Shown here in pieces: positions 44,963-57,129 of a stretch of DNA of 64,000 nucleotides. The translations under genes were made by a program, and so were the position numbers. Numbering within the stretch: the stretch's first letter is position 1; each line of letters begins with the position of its first letter. Source of the DNA: Schizochytrium sp. TIO01. Its lineage: Eukaryota > Protista > Bigyra: Labyrinthulomycetes. Below the pieces are notes generated by a model that had not been told where the DNA came from, made no database searches, and saw only the letters and a program-made list of their open reading frames with translations. The DNA lies in the NCBI GenBank assembly GCA_004764695.1, contig SMSO01000014.1, positions 6,872,029 to 6,936,028 of the forward strand. Reading direction: 5' to 3'.

Positions 44963-46249
44963 ATAGGATCGCAGCGCTAAGCTGGATTGCCCATGTATGG
45001 TATAGTACGATTACATTTTTATGGCATCGCTTATCATTCATACAGTTTTTGATCTCTTGCATACGGCACACGAACAGAGGCCAATGCACCAAACTTTCAG
45101 CGCATAAAATACATGCATTGTCATCGTACGGTGCCGCTGGTTACATTTCTACTTAAATTGAAAGACATTTTGTTTTAAGATTCAGAAAGGATGCAAATTT
45201 GGACATCAAACAGAGAAATCGGTTTTGAAACTTGACTTAGAATGATATTCTGCTCTATAACTTAACAGTAAGCACATTTGGAGTAGAAACCGTTGAAGAG
45301 GTATTCCATGATTTCGAAAATGAGTCATAGATCATCCATCAACAATGTCACACTATGTGGTACCAGAACTTCAGAAGCATGGATGCATTAAGTGAGTTGT
45401 GGTTTTGGCTTGGGTTTTCGCCCAAGCTAAAATATTTCAAGGAACCGTCCTCTCACTAGTGAGAGTGATCAAATTCCCCTAATAGCTGTATATAATCCCT
45501 GTTGCTTTGCCAGGTCGATATTTGTCTATAAAAAACTGTTTTGCTATAATTTTTATGCAGCGAGTAAGCATTCGTGAAAGCATGCTGAGAGGTGTCACAG
45601 ATGAGCGTCATTTCTTACGCACGCGATGCCATGAATTTCTTATCTTTATTTATCATGAATTTTGTCCGTTTAAAAAAAGTCACAGTAAAAAGGAAGAGGC
45701 TATTTATATACAAGAAAGAAGAACAACAAAACGAAAATTAGGTCTATTTGAGACTATTCTGCTTGCAAACAGGCTGGACCTGTTTTAAAGTATATTAATC
45801 AACTCTACAGCTCGCCGTTCTCCACCCCAAATCATCATAAATTATCTCACTATGCTGCCGTGGGTACCTCTTCGAGTGAATAGCCTGTATATCTGAAAAC
45901 TTCAAGGAGTAGAAAATTTGAAAAAAACAGAATGAAAGGAGTTTATAGTAATCAGATAGTAGGTTTGTAGCACTCTCACTAGTCAGAGGTAAATGATTTA
46001 AAATCATTTAGCTTGGGTTAAAACTCATGCCAAAATAATCACTCACTTGCTGACAAGAGTCCCAGAGTCTTTGTTTTGCGCATATGGAGACGCTGCACCG
46101 GGATATAGAGACCTGCTTAATCGTTTCAAAACCTTCAAAGGGTGTTGCTCTGACGTTCCTAGCGGGATTTGGAGCTCTGTACCTTGTGCAAGACGTAGTT
46201 CTTGTAGAAACAGAGTACCCTAAGGAAAAGAAACAGGGACGAAACCAGA

Positions 46250-46978
46250 ATGGAGAGGCACGAGGACGACCGAACAGGAGCTGCAGATTCTGAAAGCTTA
46301 CCATGGAGCCCCTCTCGTCACCGGTTGCAAAAATCGAGATCTCTTCGCAGACTTGAACCGTCTCCGAGCTCTGGACGCGAGCTTGATTCGCGAACTGAGT
46401 TACACAATCAAGCATATTCAACAATTGAAACCCTTAAAAAACATATTCAGGAACTTCACAATCTTAGGGAACATATGGAGAGTAAGGAAGCTACAACAGT
46501 GCGGCAACTTCGTGCTCATATAAATGGCGATGCTGAAGCTCTTACGATTGATAATATGCAGAGGTCGCTGGCACGATATCACGCATCCTCAAACGAATCT
46601 CAGAACCAAGTTGCCACAGCCGGCTTACAGCGCGTTCTGGCTGCTGAGGTAGCCCGTGTCTTAGTGATAATGTCACGCGGGGCACCTGTAGGTCAAAATC
46701 CAGATGATGGCATGACTCTGAATGTACAACTTTCTGTACCAAAGCTTATTTCCGCTACTCTAGGGTTTTCACATTTGAATCAGGCCCTTCGAGACTCACG
46801 AATGAAGTGTAGCTGCCTAGAAAAAGATCTTGAAGATGCTCATCAAACAATTAGTTCACTGGAAGAAGAACGAGATATTCTTCACGATGTTCTTGCACGA
46901 TCGAGTGATAGTGAAGCCCTGCATCGCTATCATTTGATAAAGAATATGAATCTTGCCAACAACAAAGAGAAATCAAAT

Positions 46979-47010
<32 letters not shown>

Positions 47011-48481
47011 ACCGTCGGTAAAACAGCAAAGCCCCTCTGTTCATACATATTCTGTTGCCACAACCCAAACACCCTCAGACTTTTTACAGAACACTCGAAA
47101 AGATGATAGGAAAGCATCGCCTAAAGACATCCTTCTTGTAAGCGTGGGTGCTCAGACACGATGTACATTTTTTGACGGGCAACAAGGACCAACGATCACC
47201 GGAACGCCTAGCAAGCATGAAACCAGAAATACCGCATCACAAACCAAGCTGCACTTGAAACAACAGAGTAAGCAATGCCAAACCGAAGACAACACATCCA
47301 CGCTGGAGAACAACGAGACTTTGTCCCAAGGTGGACTCTTACGGGTTGCATGTGAAACTACTACGAGCATTAACAGGCGAGTACACTTTAATGAGGTTGT
47401 TAAAGAGGGAAAATGTCTACCTTGCGACACCTCTGAGAAAGCTATGCGGGCTAATTATGTCGGTCAATCGTGTGAAGCCATTGCGCAAACCGACAGAATA
47501 GAACACCAAAACAGCATTATGCAGACGGACGCACATGAGCTGACTGTCGCTCAAATAGGATATGCTTTGCTCATTCCTCAGCTAGACGCAACAACACAAA
47601 CAGAAACACATTTTACTGTATCAGATGCAACAGTGCAAACAGGTTCGCCTGCTCAGTCAAGTACGCTCGTACAAACAGATTCTGCTTGGGCGGATTTAGA
47701 AAGCAAATGTAAGCAACAGAACGAAGCCTTAGCTCTATTGGCTATTAAACACCAAGCTCAAACTACATCCATGGATGTTATGCTGAAATGCTCAGAAACG
47801 GAGAATACTGTACAACGCAAACAGATTAATGATTTAATGTCAGACTTAAAGCGTGGTGAGTCGAAGCTCGAGTCATTGAGCAACGCACTAAAAATTGCAG
47901 AAAGAAAATTAGTGAGTTTTACGGAAACAGAAAAGGCACTGTCACTCGCAATTTCAGATGCAACGCATAGCGAAGAACGAGTCAAAGGAGAGCTAGATCT
48001 GGCTCGAAAGGACATCGAAAATCTTCGCCTCGAAAGAGCGCGCTTGGAACACAATCTTGAAGACCAGGTTCACAAAGACAAGGTGTTAGAGGAGACTGTG
48101 GCATCACTGCGGGTTCAGCTCCGCGGTCTCATGAAAATCCCTCGAAGTACATCGTGTATATCTAGCACGGAAAGCTCAAATCAAGTTCAAGACTTGCTTC
48201 GCTCCGCGACTGAAGTGCTTAACGAGCGCCTTCAACTTCACCTTGAGCTCCTCTCCACAGCTACATCTACAAGTGCAGAGCAACCTGGGATGCTCCGAGT
48301 GCCCGATGCTCACTGGCCTCACTTACAGGCCCGAATCGAAACTCAGAATGAGACATTGAGGAGTTTGCAAAACCGTATTGCTAACTTATGGCCTCTTGAA
48401 AGCCTGGATCAATCTCAACTTTCCAGCACTCGTGATCAATTGACGAAAGTAAGAAAGGTGGAGGCAGAGACCGAGGGCTAA
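46250..48481 (+). CDS. Coiled-coil protein (743 aa) with poly-Q and central array of TQT/xQT motifs
   Basis: 2.2-kb ATG ORF with N- and C-terminal heptad regions. Central TTQT, GAQT, ASQT, QCQT, IAQT, IMQT, TTQT, TVQT, LVQT. Confidence 0.8.
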
Positions 48482-48589
48482 CATAGGTCTCCAAAGCTAT
48501 GATATCATGCCATTCCAGAAGTGTTCTGGGTAACAGAGATAGCACGATTTGTATCATGATTCCAGAAATATTGTTTGATCCTTGTTCCG

Positions 48590-48901
48590 CTAGGTTGCAA
48601 TCGCCTTGATTTCCGCAAGTTTGTCCTTGTACCCCTGAATTGCCTTTTGTTCGTCTTCAAGGCGTCTTTGGAGGGCTGTGACTTCAGCGTCACGAGCGGT
48701 ATTTGCGTCTTCGAGTTTGGCATTCGTTTCTGGTGTGTGTTTACTAGGTCTGTAGAGTATCTGAGGCTGGGTAGCAGTAGCAAGCACATCTTTTCTCTCG
48801 TCACGCTCACTTTCTGCTTTACGAAGAGCTTTTTCAGTCTCTGCACGTGCCTTTTCAGAGACAAGGATGAGCTTGAGCAACGACTGCTTTGTGTACTCCA
48901 T
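48590..48901 (-). CDS. Small coiled-coil protein (103 aa)
   Basis: ATG in aaaatcaagATGg context. E/K/A/R-rich heptads (EVTALQRRLEDEQKAIQGYKDKLAEIKAI). Convergent with the 743-aa gene. Confidence 0.55.
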   Translation of the reverse strand: MEYTKQSLLKLILVSEKARAETEKALRKAESERDERKDVLATATQPQILYRPSKHTPETNAKLEDANTARDAEVTALQRRLEDEQKAIQGYKDKLAEIKAIAT

Positions 48902-50489
48902 CTTGATTTTACTCTCGACTTGGGTCAGGTGAAGAACCTATACCTGTTTGCTTATGGAAGAGATTCGGGCACAAACAGGGAAGCGCCCTGTGCTGAAGCC
49001 TTGTGTTACTGTGATCCGAAGTATCTGCTCTGCAAATACGAGTTTGCCCAATAATGGACGTCGAGGTTGCTTTGTATTTTGTATTTTATTCCACTCTCCA
49101 CAGACCCTATATTCTACATTACTATCTAACAAGACCTAATCTAATCAACCGAGGTAACTACTTTGTTTGATTTGGACTTGTTTTCTGCTATCATGATTTG
49201 CGAGCTCCAAGCCGTCAGACAGCTTTTGCTGATTCTTGCAGCACAGCAACAACAAGTACGTATCCACGGAAAAGCCAGGTCGGGTTAGATCAAAAGTTTA
49301 GCACATATGAGAAAGCTATCTCTACCTTGGATTCTTGAGCAGTCCACAAATCATGCTCAGCCAAAAAAACAAAAAGCAGAATTAGTTAGGTTTTGATGTG
49401 ATTTATTATTATTATTATTATTACTAAATAGAGCAAATAGTGCCACAATTCCAATTATCCTGGGTAAAGTTCGAATTAGGACACCCTGATATACTTATTT
49501 ATTTATGTAGAGTGGCAGCTTTAATCAATCTGCTGTAGCATCTTTTATGTGTGGCTGTTTTGAATAAATTATAAAACAATCTATCTCGCCGTCGCTTTCT
49601 TTCCAGATCATGTATGCTCTCTTTTTGTTGTTCTTTTTTCGATTGACCAATCGATGATTAGCCCAGACTATTATTTAAATACCGGGGCCTTCAGACTTTT
49701 TTCATGCTTGGGAATTCCTTCAGACTCTCAAATGTTCTTTCTCCGAAGTGTGCGTAATAAACATCACTTTGACTTTCAGGCTTCAGGTTTTTCTTCTTTC
49801 CTCGACTCCTACCTATAACCTTCTTAGACACAAGTCCAGTAACTAATTAGGTAGTCATTGTAATAATAGATTAATAGAAGCTAACTAGCGTCAGCAGACA
49901 AATGAATAAACAAACAAATACAAAACCTTGAGCTGCGATCCTTGGGCTCTTGAGCTCGAGAGTCTTTTAGCATCGCGGTTCGAACTCATTGCAAGCTCTT
50001 TGGGGTGGGTTGCTCGACGTAGGGCCCCACTCTTTGCACGCAATCGATTCTGAAGGGTCTAGAGTGAAGACAACCGGACGTTTCTTTGCTCCCGTGGGGG
50101 GGTGAAGTTGGCTTAGTGCAGCGCCTCGTACTATTGCACACAAGGTTTCTTCTTTCGAGATTTACGTATTGTCTTCCCCTTGCTGAGTTGCCTGCGCTGC
50201 CAGGTCGTGCTGCGATCAGTATACTTGGCTTAGGCTACTGCTGTCACGTCCAGGTCTTGTCTCTTAGGATATTTTTACCAGTCTGGAAGTGTAGTCAAAT
50301 ATTTGTTCTTCAACCTAGCCTGTCTGGAAATCAGCAGAAATATTTGCAGATCAACCATATCAGGAACAAGTATTCAGAACTCACATTCTATCAGTTTCTA
50401 TCAAAACCTTAAATAAGAGCCGTGAATAAAATCACTTCGACCGGAGTTAATTGACATATTATTTCAGGTGAGCAAGGATTTAACAGAAA

Positions 50490-51911
50490 ATGGGCAAAAT
50501 CACAATCAGCGTACGATGCTCAACAGGACCTAAGTTTGATTTCCAGCTTGATGACCAGATAACTGTATTTGATCTCAAGTCAAAACTTGCGGTAGAATCT
50601 CGGGTACCAAAGGAACAGCAAAGATTGATATTTAGAGGCCGAGTTTTGAAGGACGAACTCACTGTAGAGCACTACGCCATCGAAGATGGGGACGCCATAC
50701 ACCTTGTAGCGTCAAGTACTGGTGCTTCTCACAGTGGAACTTCTTCTTCTGCTGCTGCTGCTTCTTCTTCCTCTGCTGCTTCTGGAGACTCAGCTTCATC
50801 AGGGCCTGCTCATGCGCAAGCACGCTCTGCCGTCGCAGGAGTCCCATCGCTGGGCATGGGTATGGGATCGCCTCCCGGAATGCCTCCCGGCCTAGATGCA
50901 ATGATGGACAACCCATTTGTACAGAGCATGTTGGAAAACCCAGAGCTGATGCGAAGCCTTATGATGGCTAACCCTCAGGTTCGAGCCATGGTTGAGCAGA
51001 ACCCGCATTTGGGTCAGATTCTCTCCGATCCCGAGCTTCTCCGCACTACCATGAATGCGGCGCGTAATCCTGCACTCATGAACGAGCTCATGAGGAATCA
51101 AGATCGAGCTATTGCTAATATTGAAAGTCTCCCTGGCGGCTACAATGCGCTTGCCCGAATGTATGAAGATGTCGCTCCTATGATGGATGCTCCTTTGTCC
51201 AATTCCGAATCAACATCTTCATCAACAACTGCAGACGCAGGTACATCTTCTGAATCTGGCCAAGGTCATGGAGGCGCACCCATTCCCAACCCGTGGGGAG
51301 GTAACAGTAACACTAGTGGGAGCTCAAACAGGAACAATAGCCAGAGTCAGCCTGGTGTATCTCCTTTTGCTGGACTTGGTGGGGCTGGAAGTGGTATGCC
51401 TAACTTGTTCGGAGGTGCGTTCCCTTTCTCACAGTCACCGAACGGTAACAATAACAATAGCAACAATACTGGGAATACTCCATTTGGTTTTCCCGCTCCC
51501 TCTCCTGAGCTAATGGCTCAGATGATGAGAGCCATGTCATCAAACGGAGGTAGTGGGTTCACAGCAAGTCCTTTCTTTGGTAACGGTGGTAGCAGCAATA
51601 ATTTTGCTGGAACAGGCAGTGGATCTGGAGGTGCCGATGCCGTGGCCGCAGCTGCAGCAGCTGCAGCAAAGAGCCATGCCACCAGCACGGCCAACGCAAG
51701 TGCTCGAGCAGCATCGTTACGTAGCGCACCTAACCCATGGGCTCCAGCGGATTCGCCCGATTCGCCCCAGGTTAAGTACAAATCTCAACTCGAAGAAATG
51801 GAGAGCATGGGATTTCCTGATGTGAAAACGAATATCCAGGCACTCTTGCGATGCAATGGTGATGTTGGAGAAGCTATTGAGTTTCTACTTGGTGACTCTG
51901 CATCAAGCTAG
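50490..51911 (+). CDS. DSK2: Ubiquilin/Dsk2 (UBL-STI1-UBA), 473 aa
   Basis: UBL QQRLIFRGRVLKD. STI1 NPELMRSLMMANPQ...MRNQDRAIANIESLPGGYNALARMY. PIPNPW. UBA YKSQLEEMESMGF...N..AL....GDV..AIEFL. Confidence 0.95.
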   Translation: MGKITISVRCSTGPKFDFQLDDQITVFDLKSKLAVESRVPKEQQRLIFRGRVLKDELTVEHYAIEDGDAIHLVASSTGASHSGTSSSAAAASSSSAASGDSASSGPAHAQARSAVAGVPSLGMGMGSPPGMPPGLDAMMDNPFVQSMLENPELMRSLMMANPQVRAMVEQNPHLGQILSDPELLRTTMNAARNPALMNELMRNQDRAIANIESLPGGYNALARMYEDVAPMMDAPLSNSESTSSSTTADAGTSSESGQGHGGAPIPNPWGGNSNTSGSSNRNNSQSQPGVSPFAGLGGAGSGMPNLFGGAFPFSQSPNGNNNNSNNTGNTPFGFPAPSPELMAQMMRAMSSNGGSGFTASPFFGNGGSSNNFAGTGSGSGGADAVAAAAAAAAKSHATSTANASARAASLRSAPNPWAPADSPDSPQVKYKSQLEEMESMGFPDVKTNIQALLRCNGDVGEAIEFLLGDSASS

Positions 51912-52414
51912 ATCTCAGAAGTATCAATAATCAGAACAGCCCCGTAGATTTTAATAAGATTTAGTGCGATTGGCATCATAGGTGCCTCTGGTAACGTAGG
52001 TGGCTAATTATTTGATATAGACCGAAGCCTTTACTGGCAGTCTCTACATTTATAACAATCCGGGCAACGTTGTATAGACTAGTATACAACCGAGCTGATT
52101 CTGACCTGCACTAAAGCATATGATCACACAAAAAAAAAACACGCTGCATTGTGGTTGAAACGCCCACATTTACGGTACCACCCCATCTTTCCCTCAGCAG
52201 AAAGCTTATGTGCAAATGTTAAACAAGAATTTCAATCGTATGCCGTGCTGCCCCAGTCCCCTTCCTTCCCCTTATGCATAACGCGCAAACAAGTTCAATG
52301 AGCGGCGCTAGAAAATACATCAATTTCCTTTCCTCCTCACACTCCTCTCTCTCTCTCTTTCAAAAAAGAACAAGCAGTTTCATTACAACGGGAGGATAGT
52401 AGTCATGGTTCATT

Positions 52415-53479
52415 TTACTGATTGATTCGTAAAAAGGTAATGGCTTCGGTAAACGACATACTTTGAGTTTCTTTTCGCAGTTGCTTTGATGCAGTGGCAT
52501 CTTCTTCAAAAAGGTCGAATGTGTAACATGATTGCTCTTCGGGTGTAAATAAAGCTTCGTATACTTGCTTCAGCGGAAGGCGCTCTTCGGGCTGCATCAG
52601 ACACTCGCCATTTTCTTGGTTTAAGGCTTCGGAAAATGCTGTCCGAATGCTTGCTTCCCGCTCAACGGAGAGGAATGGACAAGCCTCTTGATGATACCAC
52701 TCCAGCACATTTTCGAGATGCTTAGACACCTCTTGAACATCAAAGTCTGCTACGGCGTCTTCCACGCACTCGCAGGGAAGTTTTCCACACCCATTAGAAA
52801 ACAAGGTCGCGTGGAATGAACGCGTTGCCCCCTCAGGCCCATCAAGCATCTCCTCATTTGCAGGGAAGTCCTTGTTTCGCGATTCACTACTATCTGTTGC
52901 TTCTGCTTGTGATGCTTGATCATGACTTACAAATGTAGGCTGTATTGCTCGAGTCCATGTGGAGTTCACCGGTCGGCTCCATTGCGTTTTCAGGTCAAGC
53001 AATTTATCGACAAATTCTGGGCCATGGAGACTAACGAGAACGACAGCACCGCCGCAGCGAGTCGTGCGAGCAATTGTGGCAAGATACGAGGCGCAATCAC
53101 CGACACAAAGTAGAGCGTCAAGAGTACCTTTGTCTACAACCAGATCAAAGGAGCGGTTCTGTGTTGCGGACTTCACTGAAGCCCAGTCAGTGACATCTGC
53201 TACTGCCCATTCCATCCGCTTATCATCGCGATGCTTGTCAGACATAATATCTACACAATGTTGCTCTAAGTCGAGACTTAAAACTGACGTTACGGCTCCG
53301 TCGTTCACCAGGGCCTCACTTAGCCCCGACGTGCCTGCACCAAGCACCAAAGCATTCTTGACATCTGTTGACGTCTTTGCAATCGCCTCTGCAATCAGCT
53401 CACGAATTTCTGCATAGTCTACAAGCCAGTCAAAGCATTCTGTGGGCGCCTCTGTGCTCATCTTGCTTTGCTTTGACAT
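52415..53479 (-). CDS. Class I SAM-dependent methyltransferase, EEF1AKMT4/METTL13-N-like, with C-terminal extension (354 aa)
   Basis: FDWLVDY, motif I LVLGAGTSGL, SLD, ADVTD, FDLVVDKGTLDALLC (family signature). Confidence 0.88.
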   Translation of the reverse strand: MSKQSKMSTEAPTECFDWLVDYAEIRELIAEAIAKTSTDVKNALVLGAGTSGLSEALVNDGAVTSVLSLDLEQHCVDIMSDKHRDDKRMEWAVADVTDWASVKSATQNRSFDLVVDKGTLDALLCVGDCASYLATIARTTRCGGAVVLVSLHGPEFVDKLLDLKTQWSRPVNSTWTRAIQPTFVSHDQASQAEATDSSESRNKDFPANEEMLDGPEGATRSFHATLFSNGCGKLPCECVEDAVADFDVQEVSKHLENVLEWYHQEACPFLSVEREASIRTAFSEALNQENGECLMQPEERLPLKQVYEALFTPEEQSCYTFDLFEEDATASKQLRKETQSMSFTEAITFLRINQ

Positions 53480-54901
53480 GCACTTGCTTTATGGTTTGTA
53501 TGCTCGTATTATGCCCTCTGAGTTGTTCTTGATTGGTTTCGACTAAAGTTGTGATACTCTCAAGTCTTGGGGCCTACTTTTTTTAATGCTCTTCTTTGCC
53601 TCTTTTTGGATAAAATTAAAAAAATAAAATTAAAATTAAATCATAGTAGTCAGTCAGTGGTTATCAAAATTCTGATAGAATCAATAGAGAGAAGAAGAGA
53701 AAGAAAGGAAGAAAGAAAAAAGAGGACTATGTCTAGTCTGAATAAAAGAAACCCAACTGAGAGAAACCTGGGATTCAGAATGAGCAGGTATCGCAGGCAT
53801 TTGGTCTTTGTCATGAAGGTTGACTCATGACAACCACCTCTCATAAGGAAGTTGAACCTAAGGTTCATCGTAGTCTCACATAGAGATAGAAGAAAACACA
53901 CGAATTTAACAAACGCGGTTGTGGGATAGTGATTGAAGTCTTTGTAAGCTCTTTTAATTAATACTCATCAGAGACTATTCTTCTGAGGACTGTAAATGGA
54001 CATCCGGATTAAGAAAATAATACGTAATTAAAAACGCCTGTTTACTTTCAATGTGTTCTTGGGATCTGTGATTTTTGGTGAAGGATGGCAATAGTCAACC
54101 TTTTTCGTTAAGATCCTCTTTGAATGCATGTGGTGCATGTCTTATAGAAAACATTTAGCCTGAAATATATTTCTAACCAGCCGAAAAAATGATGTTTTTG
54201 GCAATCCATTCAACATTGTATGTCAACAACAGATGCGGTCAAAGGGTTCATATTTACACGGTTGCTGTATTTCCCAATGGTAGATCATAATCGCGATGCA
54301 GATATTGTTTTATGCCAAGCAAACTGCTCCAATAGAATTGTCTCTAAATCAAATCTTGGTATGTTGATCGTCCACGCGCCTTGAATAACTGTGACGAACT
54401 AAAAATATTCAGGCAAGGAAAATAAAAATAAAGAGGAAAACATCTATTACTATCTTTAAGTATTGAGCATCTTAGTCTATTAGCTCTAACCGCTCTAGTA
54501 CAGCACTAAAACACTAAGAGACTCCTGAACAGGCTGGGCATTCATTCATGCTTCATCTGGTGCTGCTGGTGCTGCTGCCGCTGGTGCTGCTGCTGCTGCC
54601 GCTGGCCTCACCCCCCCTGCGGAGGTACGCAGGGACACAGGACAACAGGTTCATAGTAATACACAGTGAGCGAAAGACGAGCGAGCAGCAGCACCTCTTT
54701 AAAAGGTTTAGATTGGAAAAAGTATTCGACTCTGGCGGAATCGGGTGGGATCAGAATTAAAATACTAGTTCTCGGGAAAACGAGACGATTGTCCGCTAAC
54801 GAGCATCAACTCTGCAGACAGAGAAAGCAAGTACTACAGAGAGCTTGCCCCCGAAAGAGAAGCCACGTTCTAGTATAATTTTTTTAAATTGATCGCGTAT
54901 A

Positions 54902-57129
54902 ATGGGGAGGGACTTGAGAAACCTGGCATCTACAGAATCAGACGATTCTCCTCTGGGAAACATCGATCTTCTTGTTCTGTGTCTCTATTTTATTATTCTG
55001 GGTGTTATTTCATGGGTCGTCAGCAAGCACCAGTCTCGCATTAATGCTGAAAAGGAATCATCAGCAACTGACAACTACTTTCTAGCCGAGCGCAGTGTAG
55101 GATGGTACGTTTTCTGATGGAAAGAACTTCACCGCGTCAATCTAAATTTGGCTACTAACTAGGATCCACTGTGCACAAATAATATCAATCGTGATTGTTA
55201 ATTTATCTCTTCGTTACTTTTTATAACTCTGACAGGTGGGCTGTAGGAGCTTCGCTTTTTGCCAGCAACATTGGCAGTGAACACTTTATCGGTCTTGCAG
55301 GAAGCGCCGCTGCGGAAGGCATTGCTGTTGGGTGGTATGAGGTCGGAGCCATCCCGGTAGTGATTCTTCTAGGTCAGTTTTTTCTTCCCACCTATTTAAG
55401 CGCTGCAGTACAAACGACACCAGATTACCTTGAGAAACGATACAGCAGGTTCTGCAGAACTGTGATTGTGTTTGTGTCCATGTTTCTTTATATCTTCACT
55501 AAAATCAGTGCGACTTTATTTGCTGGACAAATTATCTTGGTGGAGGTTGTGCGCGTCAATAAGTACCTTGCAGTGATTCTGTTGGTATCTTTCACATCAC
55601 TATATACAATCTTAGGTGGACTGGAGGCAGTCATTTATACTGAAGCCTTACAAACGATTGTGCTTTTCGTAGGTGGCTTTCTAGTTCTGGGATTTTCGCT
55701 TCATGAAGTTGGTGGCTGGCATGGTCTAGAAACCCAATTGGATGACTTGTACAACATTGACGATAACTTTATGCACTTTTTCCGGCCTGTCTCGGATGAA
55801 GATTACCCTTGGACTGGTTTTATTTTTGGTTACTATGCCGTGGCACCTTGGTATTGGGGCGTTGACCAGGTTATTGTCCAACGCACTCTTGCTGCTAGAG
55901 ATGTTGCCCACGGACAACTTGGATGTATAATGGCCGCTTCTCTTAAATTCCTTCCATTTCTCATGATGGTTATTCCTGGAGTATGTGGACGTGTTCTGGT
56001 CGAAAACCGCCTCGGAGCTGAAGCTGCTGTTAGTTTTGATTTTGATACAATTTACCCTTGGTTGGTTCTGAATGTAGTCCCGCAGAATGCACGGGGGATT
56101 ATCATAGCTGCTATGCTTTCGTCATTGATGTCTGCGTTGGCAAGCGTGTTTAATTCGGCTGCCACGCTAATTGCCCTGAATATTTGGAAGGTTGCCTATC
56201 CAGAAACCTCTGAAGGGAACTTGGTCAAGGTAGGCCGAGTCTCGGTAGTGGTACTGGCAGTCTTCTCATTGCTGTGGCTTCAAGTCATGCCTTATCTTGG
56301 TTCAAGCCTCTTCCTTATTATTCAGGCGCCGCCATCATACGTTGGGCCGCCGATTCTGGTTTTGTATGTCTGGGGCATGCTTTCAAAGATTCCGTCTCGG
56401 CGTGCAGGCCAATGGACTTTGGTGATTGGTATTGCAGTGGGCTCAGTTCGATTCGTCCTTGAAGTTTTGGAGGACGTTGCTGGGCAGCACCTTTTTGGTG
56501 CGTTCACTGGAGTGAACTTCTTGCATTATGCTGCAATTAGTTTTGTAGCTTGCACATGCCTTTTGTTTGCTCTCTCGTATTTGCTAACAGACGGGGCTAT
56601 CTATGCTACAATGGATGTGTCAGACGAGCCGAGTTCTGCAGAATTGAATTCGAGTATTGACAACTCTCTGCTTTTTCGTTGGAGCCTTTTTTACGAACTC
56701 ATGTTTCGCAATAAAACTCATGATTCCTTGGAACCCATCACACCTAATGATCTGTCCCAGGGCACCTCTGGAGCACGTGGACCCACGATCTATCATGAAC
56801 GTTTGGTTGAATTGACGCGAATGGGATCAATGGAATCTGATTCAGTAGCTGACCTCACTCAAGTTGAACTTTCCGAGCTTGCTCTTGAAGATAGTGCGAG
56901 TTCCTCTCCTGGTTCAGGTTTCAAGTCTGTACCACTCTCTCGCGAGAGTGAAAGCAGTATTAGTGATAATCATGGTCGACTGCAGCGCTCTGATTTATCT
57001 TTAGACGTGGACGAGATTATGCCTCTCCAAGTAGGGTCGCAAGGTCTTTGGATTTCTCGTAAACTTATCCTAAGCCTTTGTTTGGTAGTGATTGTCGCAT
57101 GGCTCGCTCAAGTCTTTCGCTTCTTTTAA
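54902..57129 (+). CDS. Sodium:solute symporter (SLC5/SSS; glucose/myo-inositol type); exons 54902-55104 and 55236-57129 (698 aa)
   Basis: Splicing GTACGT(55105)...gacAG(55235) gives [32 protein letters not shown]. Also GGLEAVIYTEALQ, YWGVDQVIVQRTLAA and AAMLSSLMSALASVFNSAATL. Confidence 0.95.

Noticed and set aside
49970-49995. GGTTCGAAC T-loop/B-box-like sequence
   Set aside because: No T-stem pairing or cloverleaf; not a tRNA.
50461-50489. ttcAG|GTGAGC...taacAG just before the ubiquilin ATG (micro-intron or recursive site)
   Set aside because: 19 nt is far shorter than the other introns here (131-407 nt) and no upstream CTAAC with an AG-free zone supports it; undecidable without transcripts.
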